A stretch of 63,491 nucleotides of DNA, the filler included, from Craspedostauros australis (Eukaryota): assembly GCA_030167865.1 (NCBI GenBank). It is 11 parts of 11 records of this genome, joined end to end, with 100 filler letters (N's around TTAATTAATTAA, not from the genome) between each part and the next. Parts side by side here need not be neighbours in the genome. Positions count along the whole stretch, not along the records: positions 1 to 23,144 come from JALAGF010005564.1; 10 more parts are not named here. The stretch is one strand, 5' to 3'. The position numbers were made by a program, and so were the translations under genes. The stretch's first letter is position 1, and every line of letters starts with the position of its first letter. The notes under the pieces are model-generated. The model was given only the letters and a program-made list of their open reading frames with translations. It did no database searches and had not been told where the DNA came from. Positions 1-11,914 of this stretch are shown one piece after another.

Positions 1-84
1 TGCTGATCTTGGGTTGTGCTGATCTTGGGTTGTGCTGATCTTGGGTTGTGCTGATCTTGGGTTGTGCTGATCTTGGGTTGTGCT
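1..84. repeat. 16-bp tandem repeat (TGCTGATCTTGGGTTG)n, about 5 copies, cut by the window start
   Basis: Direct reading of the sequence. Confidence 0.95.
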
Positions 85-651
85 ATTTGATATTTTGAAT
101 AGGCTGCATTGTGAGTTGATCAGATGATGCATGTAGGATGAAGAAACGATGTTCACATGAGTGGTGCAGCTCTGCACTGACACTCAGAGGTTCAGTGTTG
201 AGGACAGACAGGGATCCTTTCTCTTTCCTGCTCTCTATTGTCTGTATTAGTCTTCCTACGTCCAAGTACAAGAGCTTGACATCTTGATTGAGGTTGCGCG
301 TGAGAACACAGGATGGAAAGTGAGTGGAATTGCAGTTGGATTCCCTGCTTGTGTTGAAGCAGGACAAATCTCTTTGTTACTGTCATGTAGAGGTGGCAGG
401 TGACATAGCTGACATGGGAATCGAGGCAAGTGGTAATACAAGGATTCTGGGGAGCATATTGTTCCCAGAACAACTTGGATCAAGTTGATCATGCAATTTG
501 AGTCAGGAATGATCCGTGAATAGAAAAGGAGGAAAAGAGAAAGGAGGATTTTTCTGTTGTTGTAGTTGGAAGATGTTGTGCCAAAATGAATTTCAAGGCA
601 TGACATGGGACACGCTAGAGTGAAACGTAGTCAGTTCTGAAGTGGACTTCA
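85..651 (-). mobile_element. 3' LTR of the copia element at 741-3540 (distal end approximate)
   Basis: Starts with TG right after the PPT GAGAGGGAGAGT on the - strand; shares TGGGAAC.ATATGCTCC...CCTCGATTCCC with the LTR at 49412. Confidence 0.7.
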
Positions 652-663
652 ACTCTCCCTCTC
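652..663 (-). promoter_or_regulatory. Polypurine tract GAGAGGGAGAGT
   Basis: The same tract follows the RNase H stop in five elements (also near 15136-15147, 22710-22721, 49400-49411, 53808-53819). Confidence 0.85.
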
Positions 664-740
664 AGTGTTGAGTCACGGTGAAATTGTGATATCGGTGAAA
701 ACTTCATCTTTCGTTGATTGTTGATGACGAGGAACGCCTA

Positions 741-3540
741 CTAACCCATGATTTGGAATCGTAGGTATTGGAAGGTGACAACAATCACTCCCTTGGTGAA
801 GACATCGGCCAGCTGCTCGCCTGTTGGAATGTGTTGCACACAAATGAACCCAGCCTTGACCCAATACCAGAAGAAGTGCCACTTGGTGAGGAAGTGTTTA
901 GTTCGAGCAGTGGGTTGGTGATTGGTGGCAAGTGAGATGCATGCTTCGTTGTCTTCGAAAACGGTGCACTGGAGGTTTGTGTGTAAGGGCATGTCTGTGC
1001 CAGCGTTGTCGATGACCTGGCGGATGAGTTGTTGGATCGGAATGAGGGGACGCATTGCGAGGGAAAGCGCAGCATACTCAGCCTCCGTTGTTGAGAGTGC
1101 GATCTCCGTTTGAAGCTTGGACTTCCAGATGAGCGGACATCCTCCCAGTTTGATGAGGTATCCGGTGCGTGACTTGACCGCTGTGCGGTCCTGGTCGGGT
1201 TCCTGTCTGTAGAGTCCTGCGAAGTCGGAGTCAACGAAGCATGTGAGGTCCAATTGTCCAGTGGGGCGTATGATGGTACCCTTGTCCTGCGTGGTCTCCA
1301 AGTATCGCATGATCCTCTTGATCGCTTTTGCGTGCGAGCGACGAGGGTCGCTTCCGAAGCGAGCGACCTGGGAGACAGCGAATGCGAGGTCTGGACGAGT
1401 GTTAGTAGTGAGGTAGAGTAGCATGCCCACCACAGAGCGGTAGTTCCAGGTTTCGTCCATGGGTGGTTCATGCTCGTTCCTGCCGAGTGCGGTTTGGGCC
1501 GCGGGTGTGTCAGCTCTGCCGCAGTCCGTCATGCCCGTTGCCACGAGTACCTTTTGGATAAGTCCTGGCTGCCGCAAGTGGATGTAGTCGGCTTGTGGGT
1601 CGCGGTTGACTTCGATACCAAGGAACTCGTTGAAGCTTCCTTCATGAGTGAGTTCGAATCCTCGGTGTCTCATGGACCGAATGAAGTTGTCTGCAAATTT
1701 CTTGGTCTTGGTTGCGATGCCGGCGTCATCGACGTAGAGGACTATCATGTTGCCTTCACGGATGAAGAGGCACTGCTCCAGATCGCAGGCAGTGAATCCT
1801 TTGGCGAGGAGGGATCGGATGAGGTGTTCGTACCACAGGCGAGGGGCGATGGTGAGGCCGTATAGACTCTTCCTGAGGACGAGACATGTGTTTGATCCTT
1901 TGCTTGACTTGAATCCTCGTGGTAGATGGAGAAATACCGGTTTGTGAATCTCAGCTTGGACGAAGGCGTTGGTAAAGTCGATGGATGTCGTGACCCATCC
2001 CAAGACGATAGACGTAATCAGGAAGATGCGGACGGAGGACCATGCCACAGCTGGCGCGTAGGTGAAGGAGTCTTCTGGTATGAGGTCACCTTGGCAACAC
2101 CATCGACCCTTGTACTTTTTGATAGTACCGTCAGGGAGGCGCTTGCGGCGGAAGACCCACGTTCCTGGGTAGATCTTCTCTCCATAAGGCACGGTGTTCT
2201 TGTCGACTTCCTCCCATGTACCCTTCTCAGTGAGATCTTGGATCTCTTTGTTCGCTGCTTGCATCCAAGCGTCTCTATTGTCATCACAGATGGCCTCGTC
2301 GAAGGAGAGTGTGTCTGGGTCAGAGGTTGAAGCCTTGTACGCTGCTGTTTGCTCAGAGGTGTCGAGGTTGGCACCTGTAGCGAAGTAGCTCATGAGCTGC
2401 CAGTCAACATAAGCTGGGAAGTTGGTTGCGTCTGGTTGTGGCTCGATGATGTTCACGGAGTATGCGTGTTGTTCGATGTTGACCCAATCCTTCTGTGGGA
2501 TGCAGTTGTTGGTGTCGAGAATGTGGCTGGGGTCAACTGTTAGGGTGCTTTGGAGGATGGCTTGATAGTCAGTCTCGTGCGTGTTGGGTACCTGCTGCAC
2601 CTCAGTTGTGCTGGGGAGTGGCCATGGTCCTGGGCGAATGGTGCTTGTTTCCCATTGCAGGGACTCGAAGGCCGGGTGATAATCGTGTCTTTGGCCATCT
2701 GCGTCACAGATGGATAGGTGTTTGGCCTTGAACATCGTTGCGCCGAGTCCTCCTTCTGGTAGAGTGTGTCCCTCGCTCATGAGTGTGTCCCTCGCTCATG
2801 AGTGTGTCCCTTGCTCATGAGTGTGTCCCTTGCTCATGAGTGTGTCCCTTGCTCATGAGTGTGTCCCTTGCTCATGAGTGTGTCNNNNNNNNNNNNNNNN
2901 NNNNNNNNNNNNNNNNNNNNNNNNNNNNNNNNNNNNNNNNNNNNNNNNNNNNNNNNNNNNNNNNNNNNNNNNNNNNNNNNNNNNNNNNNNNNNNNNNNNN
3001 NNNNNNNNNNNNNNNNNNNNNNNNNNNNNNNNNNNNNNNNNNNNNNNNNNNNNNNNNNNNNNNNNGAGTGTGTCCCTTGCTCATGAGTGTGTCCCTTGCT
3101 CATGAGTGTGTCCCTTGCTCATGAGTGTGTCCCTTGCTCATGAGTGTGTCCCTTGCTCACGAGTGTGTCCCTTGCTCACGAGTGTGTCCCTTGCTCACGA
3201 GTGTGTCCCTTGCTCACGAGTGTGTNNNNNNNNNNNNNNNNNNNNNNNNNNNNNNNNNNNNNNNNNNNNNNNNNNNNNNNNNNNNNNNNNNNNNNNNNNN
3301 AGTGTGTCCCTTGCTCATGAGTGTGTCCCTTGCTCATGAGTGTGTCCCTTGCTCATGAGTGTGTCCCTTGCTCATGAGTGTGTCACGGTCATCAGACTTC
3401 GATGGTCGCGGAGAGCAGTGGCACGGAAGGCGAGCACGTCGAAGTGGGGAGCCATGGTTCCGGTGAGAATGAAGCTGCTCATCGTACCCTAGAACTTGTG
3501 CATAGGCAATTGCGACTGAATTCTGATGGAACACAGACAA
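741..3540 (-). pseudogene. pol: Ty1/copia pol fragment (IN-RT linker, RT, RNase H), interrupted by a 19-bp array
   Basis: RKSLYGL, LYVDD, FVDSDFAG, IALSTTEAEY and ADVFTKG motifs; close paralog of the 45821-49331 pol; the terminal W of the siblings is TAG here. Confidence 0.92.
2762..3384. repeat. 19-bp minisatellite (GAGTGTGTCCCTTGCTCAT)n with two gaps
   Basis: Direct reading; variant units (CTCGCT, CACGAG) occur in blocks. Confidence 0.95.
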
Positions 3541-4264
3541 GAATGAGTACTTACCTCAAAATTGGGAGTGATCAAGTCCGTCAATGAAGTCGAGTGAAGC
3601 TGTGTGATAGTGTTCTTGGGCTATGCATGGTTAATCAATTTAGATGATGTATAGCTCACCCAATTCAGATCTGTTGAAGTCTGAAATTGTGAAAAGATGG
3701 GGATGCAATGATGTGAACCGATGCTGCGGCAACATGTGTTGCAACACAGCAGTGCATGAAGTGCAGAGCATGAAGTTGTTGTCAAGTTTGCAAGAATGAA
3801 GGAGGTTCATGGCGCCACCAATACCAATCTTGCTTCTTGGAACAACATTGATGCTTGCAACAAATCCGATCATTGCAGAAATGCAATCTTGCCAAATTTG
3901 ATGGGATTGATGAGCTTGTATCTGAGCCAAGATGCTTAAATACATTCACTCATCAAGCCAGTAGGCATGCCCTGTGAAGGTGGATTCGCAGGGATTCAGA
4001 CATACATGTTCATGTGCACATAAGGAGGATGATAGGTAGGACCTGACGCCCATCCTTCAACTCATTATCATCTTCAGGCACCAAGAAAGGTATCTGAGGG
4101 CCGTCGGGAGTTGCGGGAAATGAGGCCAACAGAGAAAGAGAAAACGGTTCAAAACAAAAGTCTCATGCGTGACCTGACGTAATCTATGGAGAACAAGATT
4201 AGACATAGACTAAGGTGAATATAAGCTATTGATATGATAGCCAAAGTCGATGAGAAATTGATAC

Positions 4265-6320
4265 TCGAGAGTGTGCTGAATTCGTCGGTGAGGGCTGATG
4301 GTGGTGTGTCACCACGCCGGATCAGGAAATTGTCGGTTGGCGCACCGGCTGGCTCGTGGTTTTGATTCGTGGCGCGGGTGTCGGTCATGTCGTATGTGAC
4401 ACTGGAATTTCGTGTCTGTTGGCGGTTGGGCGAGGCTGGTGTACTCTTGGTGCGCCTGATGGGTCTGGGTGTTCTCCTTTGTGCCGTTTCGAGGGGGTTC
4501 GGTTCTCGTTGGGTTCTGGTTAGCCGAAGGGTTTTCGATGTCGGGCTGTATTTCATGGAGGTCTGTTGATACCTCGCCATGTTCACGCTCATAGTGTGTT
4601 CTTCCTTCGGCGGTGGTGGTTCTTGCGTTTCCGTGGCCATTATATCGGGATCATCGTCTGCTCTGGTCGTCCTGCTCTTTGTTATGGCTTGTGATATGGC
4701 TTCGCTGTGGTATCCGGACTCATGGATTGAGTTCCAGAATATCGTTCTCGACGTGATGTGGTGGAATGGTGTTTTGGAAAGAGGCTTGGTTAGTATGTCG
4801 GCGATGTTGTCAACTGACGCNNNNNNNNNNNNNNNNNNNNNNNNNNNNNNNNNNNNNNNNNNNNNNNNNNTGACGCAATGTGGGCGAACACGATGATTCC
4901 AGCGGCGATGCATTCCCGGATTTGGTGGAAAGCCAATGAGCAGTGTTTCTTCTTTAGCGTTGAGGATGGGACCGTAGTATTGAGTACCACCGCTTTGTTG
5001 TCTCCGAGCATGATTGCGGGTCCGTCGATGGAGACTCCGAGGTCTCTCAGCATGTATCGCAGACCTGTGACCGCCTCGGTAGCTATCCTGGCTGCCACTA
5101 ATTCTGATCCGTATGTGGATGTTTCCACCGTGTTCTGCCATTTGCAGATGGTCTTAACGATGGTGTTGTTGATCAATAGTACCACACCCGTCATGGATTT
5201 CCGTGTGACCTGGTCATGGCCATGGTCGGCGTCCACGTAACACGTGATTTGAACCGGCTTCCCTTTTGGTGTTGGTACTGGTACAGGGGTGACTTCTGCT
5301 TCGGTAGGGTAGAATTCTCTCCAATGGCTTGAGAGGGTAGTGTCGATGTTCGTGTGGTCCACTGGGTTGGGGTCGCAGAGGATGGNNNNNNNNNNNNNNN
5401 NNNNNNNNNNNNNNNNNNNNNNNNNNNNNNNNNNNTGATACGTTGGATGGTCAGGAGATGTCCTTCCCTTGGTGCCATAGCGAACCGTGCCATCGTCGTC
5501 GTGGCGTATTGGATGTCCAACCTTCCGAGGGTCACGACCCAATTGAGGCAACCCAGTATTGATCGGTAGGTCCTGGCGTCTTCAGTGCTTGTGAAGTCCG
5601 AGGTGTCGCTTTCTGGGTGGCAGGCCTCTACCATGGGGGTGGATGCCTTCGGGATTGTCTTCCCTACTAGTTGCTCCACTCGTTTGATGACGTTTCCGAT
5701 ATATGTCTGGGCTGAGAGTCCGATGCTGACTCCCCTGTCCTTCCAGTTCTTGGGAAGGTCGACGATGTTTCCGCCAAGGTAGTACTCTGGGTCACCGCAT
5801 TGCTTCATGGTGTACTGTTTCTTGAGGTCGTCGATGATTGGGATGGGATCCTTGCTGAAGATCAGTACGTCGTCCACGTACGTGGTGATCATCTCGTAGT
5901 GGTCGTCGGCTTCTCTGGTGTAGATGTCGTTGTCGGCTTTGGAGGGTAGGAATCCCATGGTTCGGAGGGTGTCGGCGAAGTGTTCATGGAACCTCGCACT
6001 TGATGTCCTCAGGCCATAGAGTCCCTTTTGGATGATGAGGGGTTTGCCTTCGAGGTCGCCAAATTCAGGTCCTGCTCGGATGTAACACTTCTCGAGGGTG
6101 TCTGCGTATAGAAACGCGTTCCCTACGTCGCCGGCGTATGCTCTCAGCCTGTTGGCTGCTGCGATGGCGAAGGCGATTCGGATGGTGTCTGATGCTACCA
6201 CTCCTGAGTAGACGTCTTCTGTTGGTGGGGATGTCTTGTTCCCGTTTGCCACCAGTCTTGCCTTTCGACGTAGGTCGAACTTCACGTCGTATACGATGTG
6301 GTATGGGATCTTGTTGTCAT
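4265..6320 (-). pseudogene. pol: Ty1/copia (second, CoDi-like lineage) RT-RNase H with a long C-terminal extension, gapped
   Basis: RKARLVANG, DVGNAFLY, KGLYGL, YVDD, YVDADHG, VETSTYGSE and ADILTKPL motifs; the frame continues about 170 aa past RNase H. Confidence 0.9.
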
Positions 6321-6736
6321 CTCCAATTGTGTCAACATGTACTTAAGTTTTCCCTTCATCCTCTCTATCATCTACATGCATTTGAGTGCAGTCAGTTGGA
6401 TGAAAAGGTGAAGCAACATGCCATGTGAACACCCATGTCAGGAATGAAGGGTACGATTAAGCCGTTTACTCTGTGATCGCCACATCTTCCAAAGTACAAA
6501 TCAGTCTCCAATTGATGTATCAAAGACGGACACACTTCTGATTGTCTAGAAGCCTGTCCTTCCTGTATGTCAAGAGTTTGATAGATGACGAACACATATG
6601 GCAAACTATGGGTAATGAAGAAAGACTTGGATGCTGAAGTGTTCTGAACATGACCGTTGACCAGTGAGCCAACATGTATGCACATGCGCTATCACTTTTT
6701 TATCATTCACAACTCAGAACATGAGGCTGTATGTGA

Positions 6737-8800
6737 ATGGATCATGAAGGAGAACAAAATGTTGATGGGAGCATCTCACGAGGGAACAAGTCAAGCGCAC
6801 CAATAGATCGCACGCGATTGAGACCGTTCAACTTCTGCAATACAATTGTGCACAATCCACACATGGATCTCACACACAAAGAAAAGCAAGAGCTGAACAT
6901 AATGGCAAAGCTGGTGGATGACTTCTTCCAGCACAGCACAGCACAGCACAGCACAGCACAGCACAGCACAGCACAGCACAGCACAGCACAGCACAGCACA
7001 GCACAGCACAGCACAGCACAGCACAGCACAGCACAGCACAGCACAGCACAGCACAGCACAGCACAGCACAGCACAGCACAGCACAGCACAGCACAGCACA
7101 GCACAGCACAGCACAGCACAGCACAGCACAGCACAGCACAGCACAGCACAGAACAGAGGAGGATGAAGACCTGCCAGATCAACAGCCAGATGAGGACCCA
7201 GACATGGACTACATGGACTTCACTGTCAAGGAGACATGGGAGACAATGTTCCCTGGCAATTGCATGGGATTTTGCCTTGCACCCTACATCACATGGGCTG
7301 TACTCTACAGGATGCCCACCATCAGTCTCCACACCACAGTGGCAAGGGATGCAAGGAGGGCCTTGAATGAGATCAACAAGAGATTTCCAACCTGGAGCAA
7401 CATCTACAATCCAGCTGCAGGGAGAAAGGCACTATCCCACAGCTCTGCCAACTTCTCAATCATCTGCCACAACTTGAAGAGGATCAACATCAGGCCAGCT
7501 CATAGTGTGCAGAGGTAGGAGCCCCTCACATTTCCAGATATCAGGAGGCTGCACCAAGCTGCCCCACCTGACCCAGCTGGATAGAGGGACATCTCTTTTC
7601 TCTACTTCCTTATGAGACTGGAACAAGAGGCAAGGCAGCAGTGGGAAAGGTCATGAAGTGGACTTCCTTCAACAATGAGACCAAGAGATATGTCATCTAC
7701 TTCAAATTCCAGAAGAGAGAGCAGACATGCACATGACTCCAAGCAAGGCAGTACTGAATGTGGAAGCATCCAGAATATCTGTTTGGCATTGCCAACCCAT
7801 AGCAGATTTGTATCAACTTGACTAAGCTTTGCTACTATACAGGCTCCCCTTTGAGATACTTCTCTGCTCACTCAGCCAGGACAGGCAAGATCAATGACAT
7901 CATCTGCAGCTCCAAGCTGAAGGAAGATCCCATCTCAGTGGGCCCTGCCAATGAAAGGATCATTGGGGACTGCACAACAACGTCCGATGCAATCAGGCTC
8001 TACTTCAGAAGCCTTTCAGACAGGGCAGGCATGTATGTAGGGCAGATTGACTCAATGGATGAGCTCACAGTGGAGCAACTGCATCCAGAGCTCAAGGGCA
8101 AGATGCAGCCAATTGTGTGGCCTTACATGCCACTGAGCTCAAATGCAGTTGCTGATGACTTGAGAGAGGAGATCATCAATGTAGTGAACTGGTTGGACTC
8201 ACAGCATCCCACCAGTACTACTTCGAAGGGCTGAAAGAGGATACCTTCCGTCACTGTTTGAACAAATCAGCAACATATCGGATGAGAAAGATGTTTCTTC
8301 TTGGGGGGCAGCCTCCTTGAGATTGGGAGAGCAATGTCTTCACCAAACACAAGTATTGGGCGCAAGCTTTGGATCTTGTTTGTGACTGGTGAGATCTCCA
8401 TCAAGAAACTCTTCAAGCTTGCAGAAAGTGAAAAGGTTAAAGCAAGTGAGCACATGTGCAACTACTTCAAGTTGCCAAGGCTTCAATGCCAGGAGAGGAG
8501 GCAGCTTCCACCAAAGCCCAAGAAGAGGTTTGATGTCTTGGAGTCTAGGAATGTCAGGCTGCTTGCCCATGCAGCCAAGAACAGGCTCGGGTTTCTGCTG
8601 AGGGCAATGCAATGATTGGAGCCACACAGTATGATGCAATCAAGCTGTCAGATGCTCAGGTGGCAATGATTGATCTGGCCAATTAGGATGGAAAGGATGT
8701 GGATGAGAGAGCATTTTACCAAGCAGGGCCAGATGTCAAGCTAGACAACCAGACCCAGCAGCCTGTGTATGAGTCTTCTGATGAAGAAGAGATGTGTTGG
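6737..8800 (+). pseudogene. Decayed tyrosine recombinase (Crypton/DIRS-type YR)
   Basis: RDISFLYF/YETGTRG (box I R, near 7585-7630), YFKFQK (K), FSAHSARTG (HxxR, 7869-7880) and IIGD....SDAIRLY (Y, 8001-8003) lie in the right order; stops and frameshifts are present. Confidence 0.7.
6931..7150. repeat. (GCACA)44 microsatellite
   Basis: Perfect pentamer run of 220 bp. Confidence 0.98.
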
Positions 8801-9819
8801 GGCTCTGGGGTTATAGTGTTAATAGTATTCTAATCTGTGATTTGATCGTAATGTTTTAGAACTGTGTTAGAACGAAATCAAAGAGGGGATTCCACACTGA
8901 AACGTAGAGTGATCAGATCGTTGTTGTTGGTGAGGAGATTGTTTGATATTGTGAATTATTCATATGAAGACTGATGAGTCCCAAAGATTGAGATCTTCGA
9001 ACTGTGAGCATGAGGGAGGGCTTGCAAGTCTCGTGCTATTCTGGTGGAAGATAACATGGAGATAACACTTCAATTTTGCGTGTTACTGAGTGCATTCAAA
9101 TTTGCAAAAGTCAGACAACAAACACTATGATGCGCCATGTTGTAGAATGCAATTCCTCATGATGTTGCTAGTAAAATGGTCACACGATTGATCGACCTTG
9201 TTTTGCGAAGGTCTGGTATCCATTCGGAGTTATTCGATCGAAGACTGGACCCTGTCATGATTGGGTGGCAGTGCCTTCTCAGAATTCAGGGAGGCAAGAA
9301 ATTTGATTCATGTCCTCCCAATTCTGTGCATGGAGGGAAAACAATTCATGTGATGCAAAATGTGATGCGCGAATGATATGACATTGTGTCGCACCAAGAT
9401 TCCCGTTCAGCAGTGGAGAAAAGGGGACATAGAATCTTTTTTGATTGGTCAACAGTTGTCACTTATTTTGGAAATATTACGTTGCACTAATAGACTTGCA
9501 GCATTGGAGGTCTGCTCTTTTGCATTGAAGCAGTAGGAAGCACAATTCTTGGCCATCTGGACAGGATAGATGTGCAGTGCATCTTGGCAACAGGCGAACG
9601 TGTCCCTTCAGTCGATGGGAGCAACTTGATGCGAGAGCGGAGTTTTTGAGGCAAAGTCATGAATTTCCATTTGGGTGCCATGGTAGATGCTCCAGGTGAC
9701 AAAATGTTGTAGAAACAAGGGAACTTACTGGACTCCAAAGCATGGTCAATCTGTTGATGTGCAGTAGGTGAACGTGGTTGGTGTGTGTGCACATGCGTAG
9801 CTGTGCATAGTTAGTCTTA

Positions 9820-10861
9820 ATGCTGTAACAAAACCGTTACCTCGGTGGCCGAAGAAAGCTCAGACGCAGGACATCGGAAAGACGGGTATGTTGCTACTTG
9901 GCGCAATGATTGTGACCTGCAAGAACGGCCTCTTCAAGTTCGAGTTTATGGATTTTGTCATTGCTGGCTACTCTACCCAAGACCATAACCAGGTTGCAGG
10001 CATGTTGAAGCTCCTGATGAAGCGGATTCATGTTGAATACCCAAATGTAATGGAGGTCATCATGCAAAGTGACAGCGCAAGTTGCTTCGCAAGCCAAGAA
10101 TTGATTCCATACATCTTCCACCTGAACACCAATGCAGACTGTTAAGTGTCGGCTTGATACCCATTTCAGCTTCATTACTTGTGTGCTGGACTCATATCTG
10201 AAGGAGGGCTTCAAGGTGACAACAGAATCGTAAATCTTCGAGGCAGTGAATCATGCAAAGATAGCAGGAACAATCGTGGTACTTGTTGACTGGTCCAAGT
10301 TGAAAAGTCAATCAAGTCAACGAAAAAGTTCAAGGTGAACTCCATTTTGGTGAGAGCTACACATCACATCAAATGGTTTGATGTTCATGTGGATGTGAAT
10401 GCATCTTCAGGGGTTTCAGAACCTGTCATGGTTCACAAGGAACAGTTGGATGAGCATCTGAAGGAGGACCTTGTAATCAGCTGCAAGTTTGGTGAGAAGT
10501 CCAATAAACCCGCTCTGACAACCAAATTGCTGACATCAAAGCACGGGGGGAAGATGATCTTGTGCCAGAAGATGAAGAGGCGCAAATTATTACCACTGCA
10601 TGTGCTAAATCTGTGAAAGAGAGTGGGATTGGAGATGTTGTAATGAAGCACAAATTGGCAGAACCCACCAGAAATGCCTTGTATCCACCAAAAATGAGCG
10701 CTGGGTGGGCTATGACCAAGCCAAGGAAACGAGTTCCTCTGGCACCACACGTCAAGGTGTTTCTCGATGACTACAACAACCTGAATGATCCAAAGGCCAG
10801 GAAGGCTGCATTGAAACATGAAGCACACAAAAAGGTGATGGAGTTTGTGCAGCACGATTGA
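9820..10861 (+). pseudogene. Decayed DDD (Sola-like) transposase, same family as 24908-29435
   Basis: GKTGMLLLGAM...STQDHNQVAGML...VIMQSDSASCFAS...KCRLDTHF parallels GKAGMSLLGVM...STQDTLQVAGAL...IFQSDNASCFAS...KSPVDGHF. Confidence 0.75.
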
Positions 10862-10960
10862 CTGCTGTGATGGCAAACAACACCAGACCGTGTACAAGCT
10901 CATCTCAACAAGACAATGCCAAACCCAAGAAAGAGAAAATTGGCTCCAAACGACACAGAA

Positions 10961-11181
10961 CAACCACCAACAATCACCAACAATCACCAACAACCACCAA
11001 CAACCACCAACAACCACCAACAACCACCAACAACCACCAACAACCACCAACAACCACCAACAACCACCAACAACCACCAACAACCACCAACAACCACCAA
11101 CAACCACCAACAACCACCAACAACCACCAACAACCACCAACAACCACCAACAACCACCAACAACCACCAACAACCACCAAC
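10961..11181. repeat. 10-bp tandem repeat (CAACCACCAA)n, about 22 copies
   Basis: Direct reading; two CAATCACCAA variants near the start. Confidence 0.97.
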
Positions 11182-11269
11182 TGAAAATCAGCAATTACAC
11201 ACAGGAAAAGGGGCACCAAACACTGCACTTACTACACCGCCTGGGTGATCAATCTGATAGGTGAAGTTG

Positions 11270-11890
11270 GAGATGTTTGGTGATTGTTGTTGTTCTAAGT
11301 TAGTTGTGTTCAATTGATGAGTGAGGTTTGGATTATGAGAACATGATCTCATCATTCTAAAGATGGTGCCTATTGCACGGTTGCTAACGTGCTGCTCGAT
11401 TACCTCGTGGTTTATCTCGCAGTCTTTCCTAGAACATTGCCCAAGATGGCATGTTGATTTACACGATATCTCGTGTTATTCTCACCCTTGGGTCTTTCTT
11501 CACCTCTCCTGGTCATAGCTAATCTTGATCTCTGTTTGATCACATATGGATTGATCCGTCTACGTCGACAAGGTGCATGCATCACCTCTGACGATGTTAT
11601 TCTGGATCCTAAATGTTGTTGCCACGTACTTGATGATGCATTCGGCTAGGCTAGACAGGTCAGCATATCATGACTAAATATAATCTCGATTCCGAGGATC
11701 ACAATGACCGATCCTCTGACGTCATACGATGATGTCAGTGCCTACGTCAGATTCGATGACAGTAGTGACTGAATATCAATCGTGTATCAAGACTCACTCG
11801 ACAATACTCTCAAATCGAGTCGAGTCAAAAATAGTGAATCACGTTTCAGTCTTGAGAGATGGGTACCTAATTTCGCTCTAGATGTTGATA
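11270..11890 (-). mobile_element. Probable 3' LTR of the internally deleted copia (distal end approximate)
   Basis: Follows the PPT-like AGGGGAG (11891-11897) just after the RNase H stop. Confidence 0.5.
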
Positions 11891-11914
11891 CTCCCCTATA
11901 GTCGGGAGTCTTGT

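Noticed and set aside
1..84. Telomeric repeat
   Set aside because: A 16-bp unit at an LTR end; nothing shows a chromosome end, although the window start limits the view.
2762..3384. CRISPR-like array
   Set aside because: Units are head-to-tail with no spacers and derive from pol sequence.
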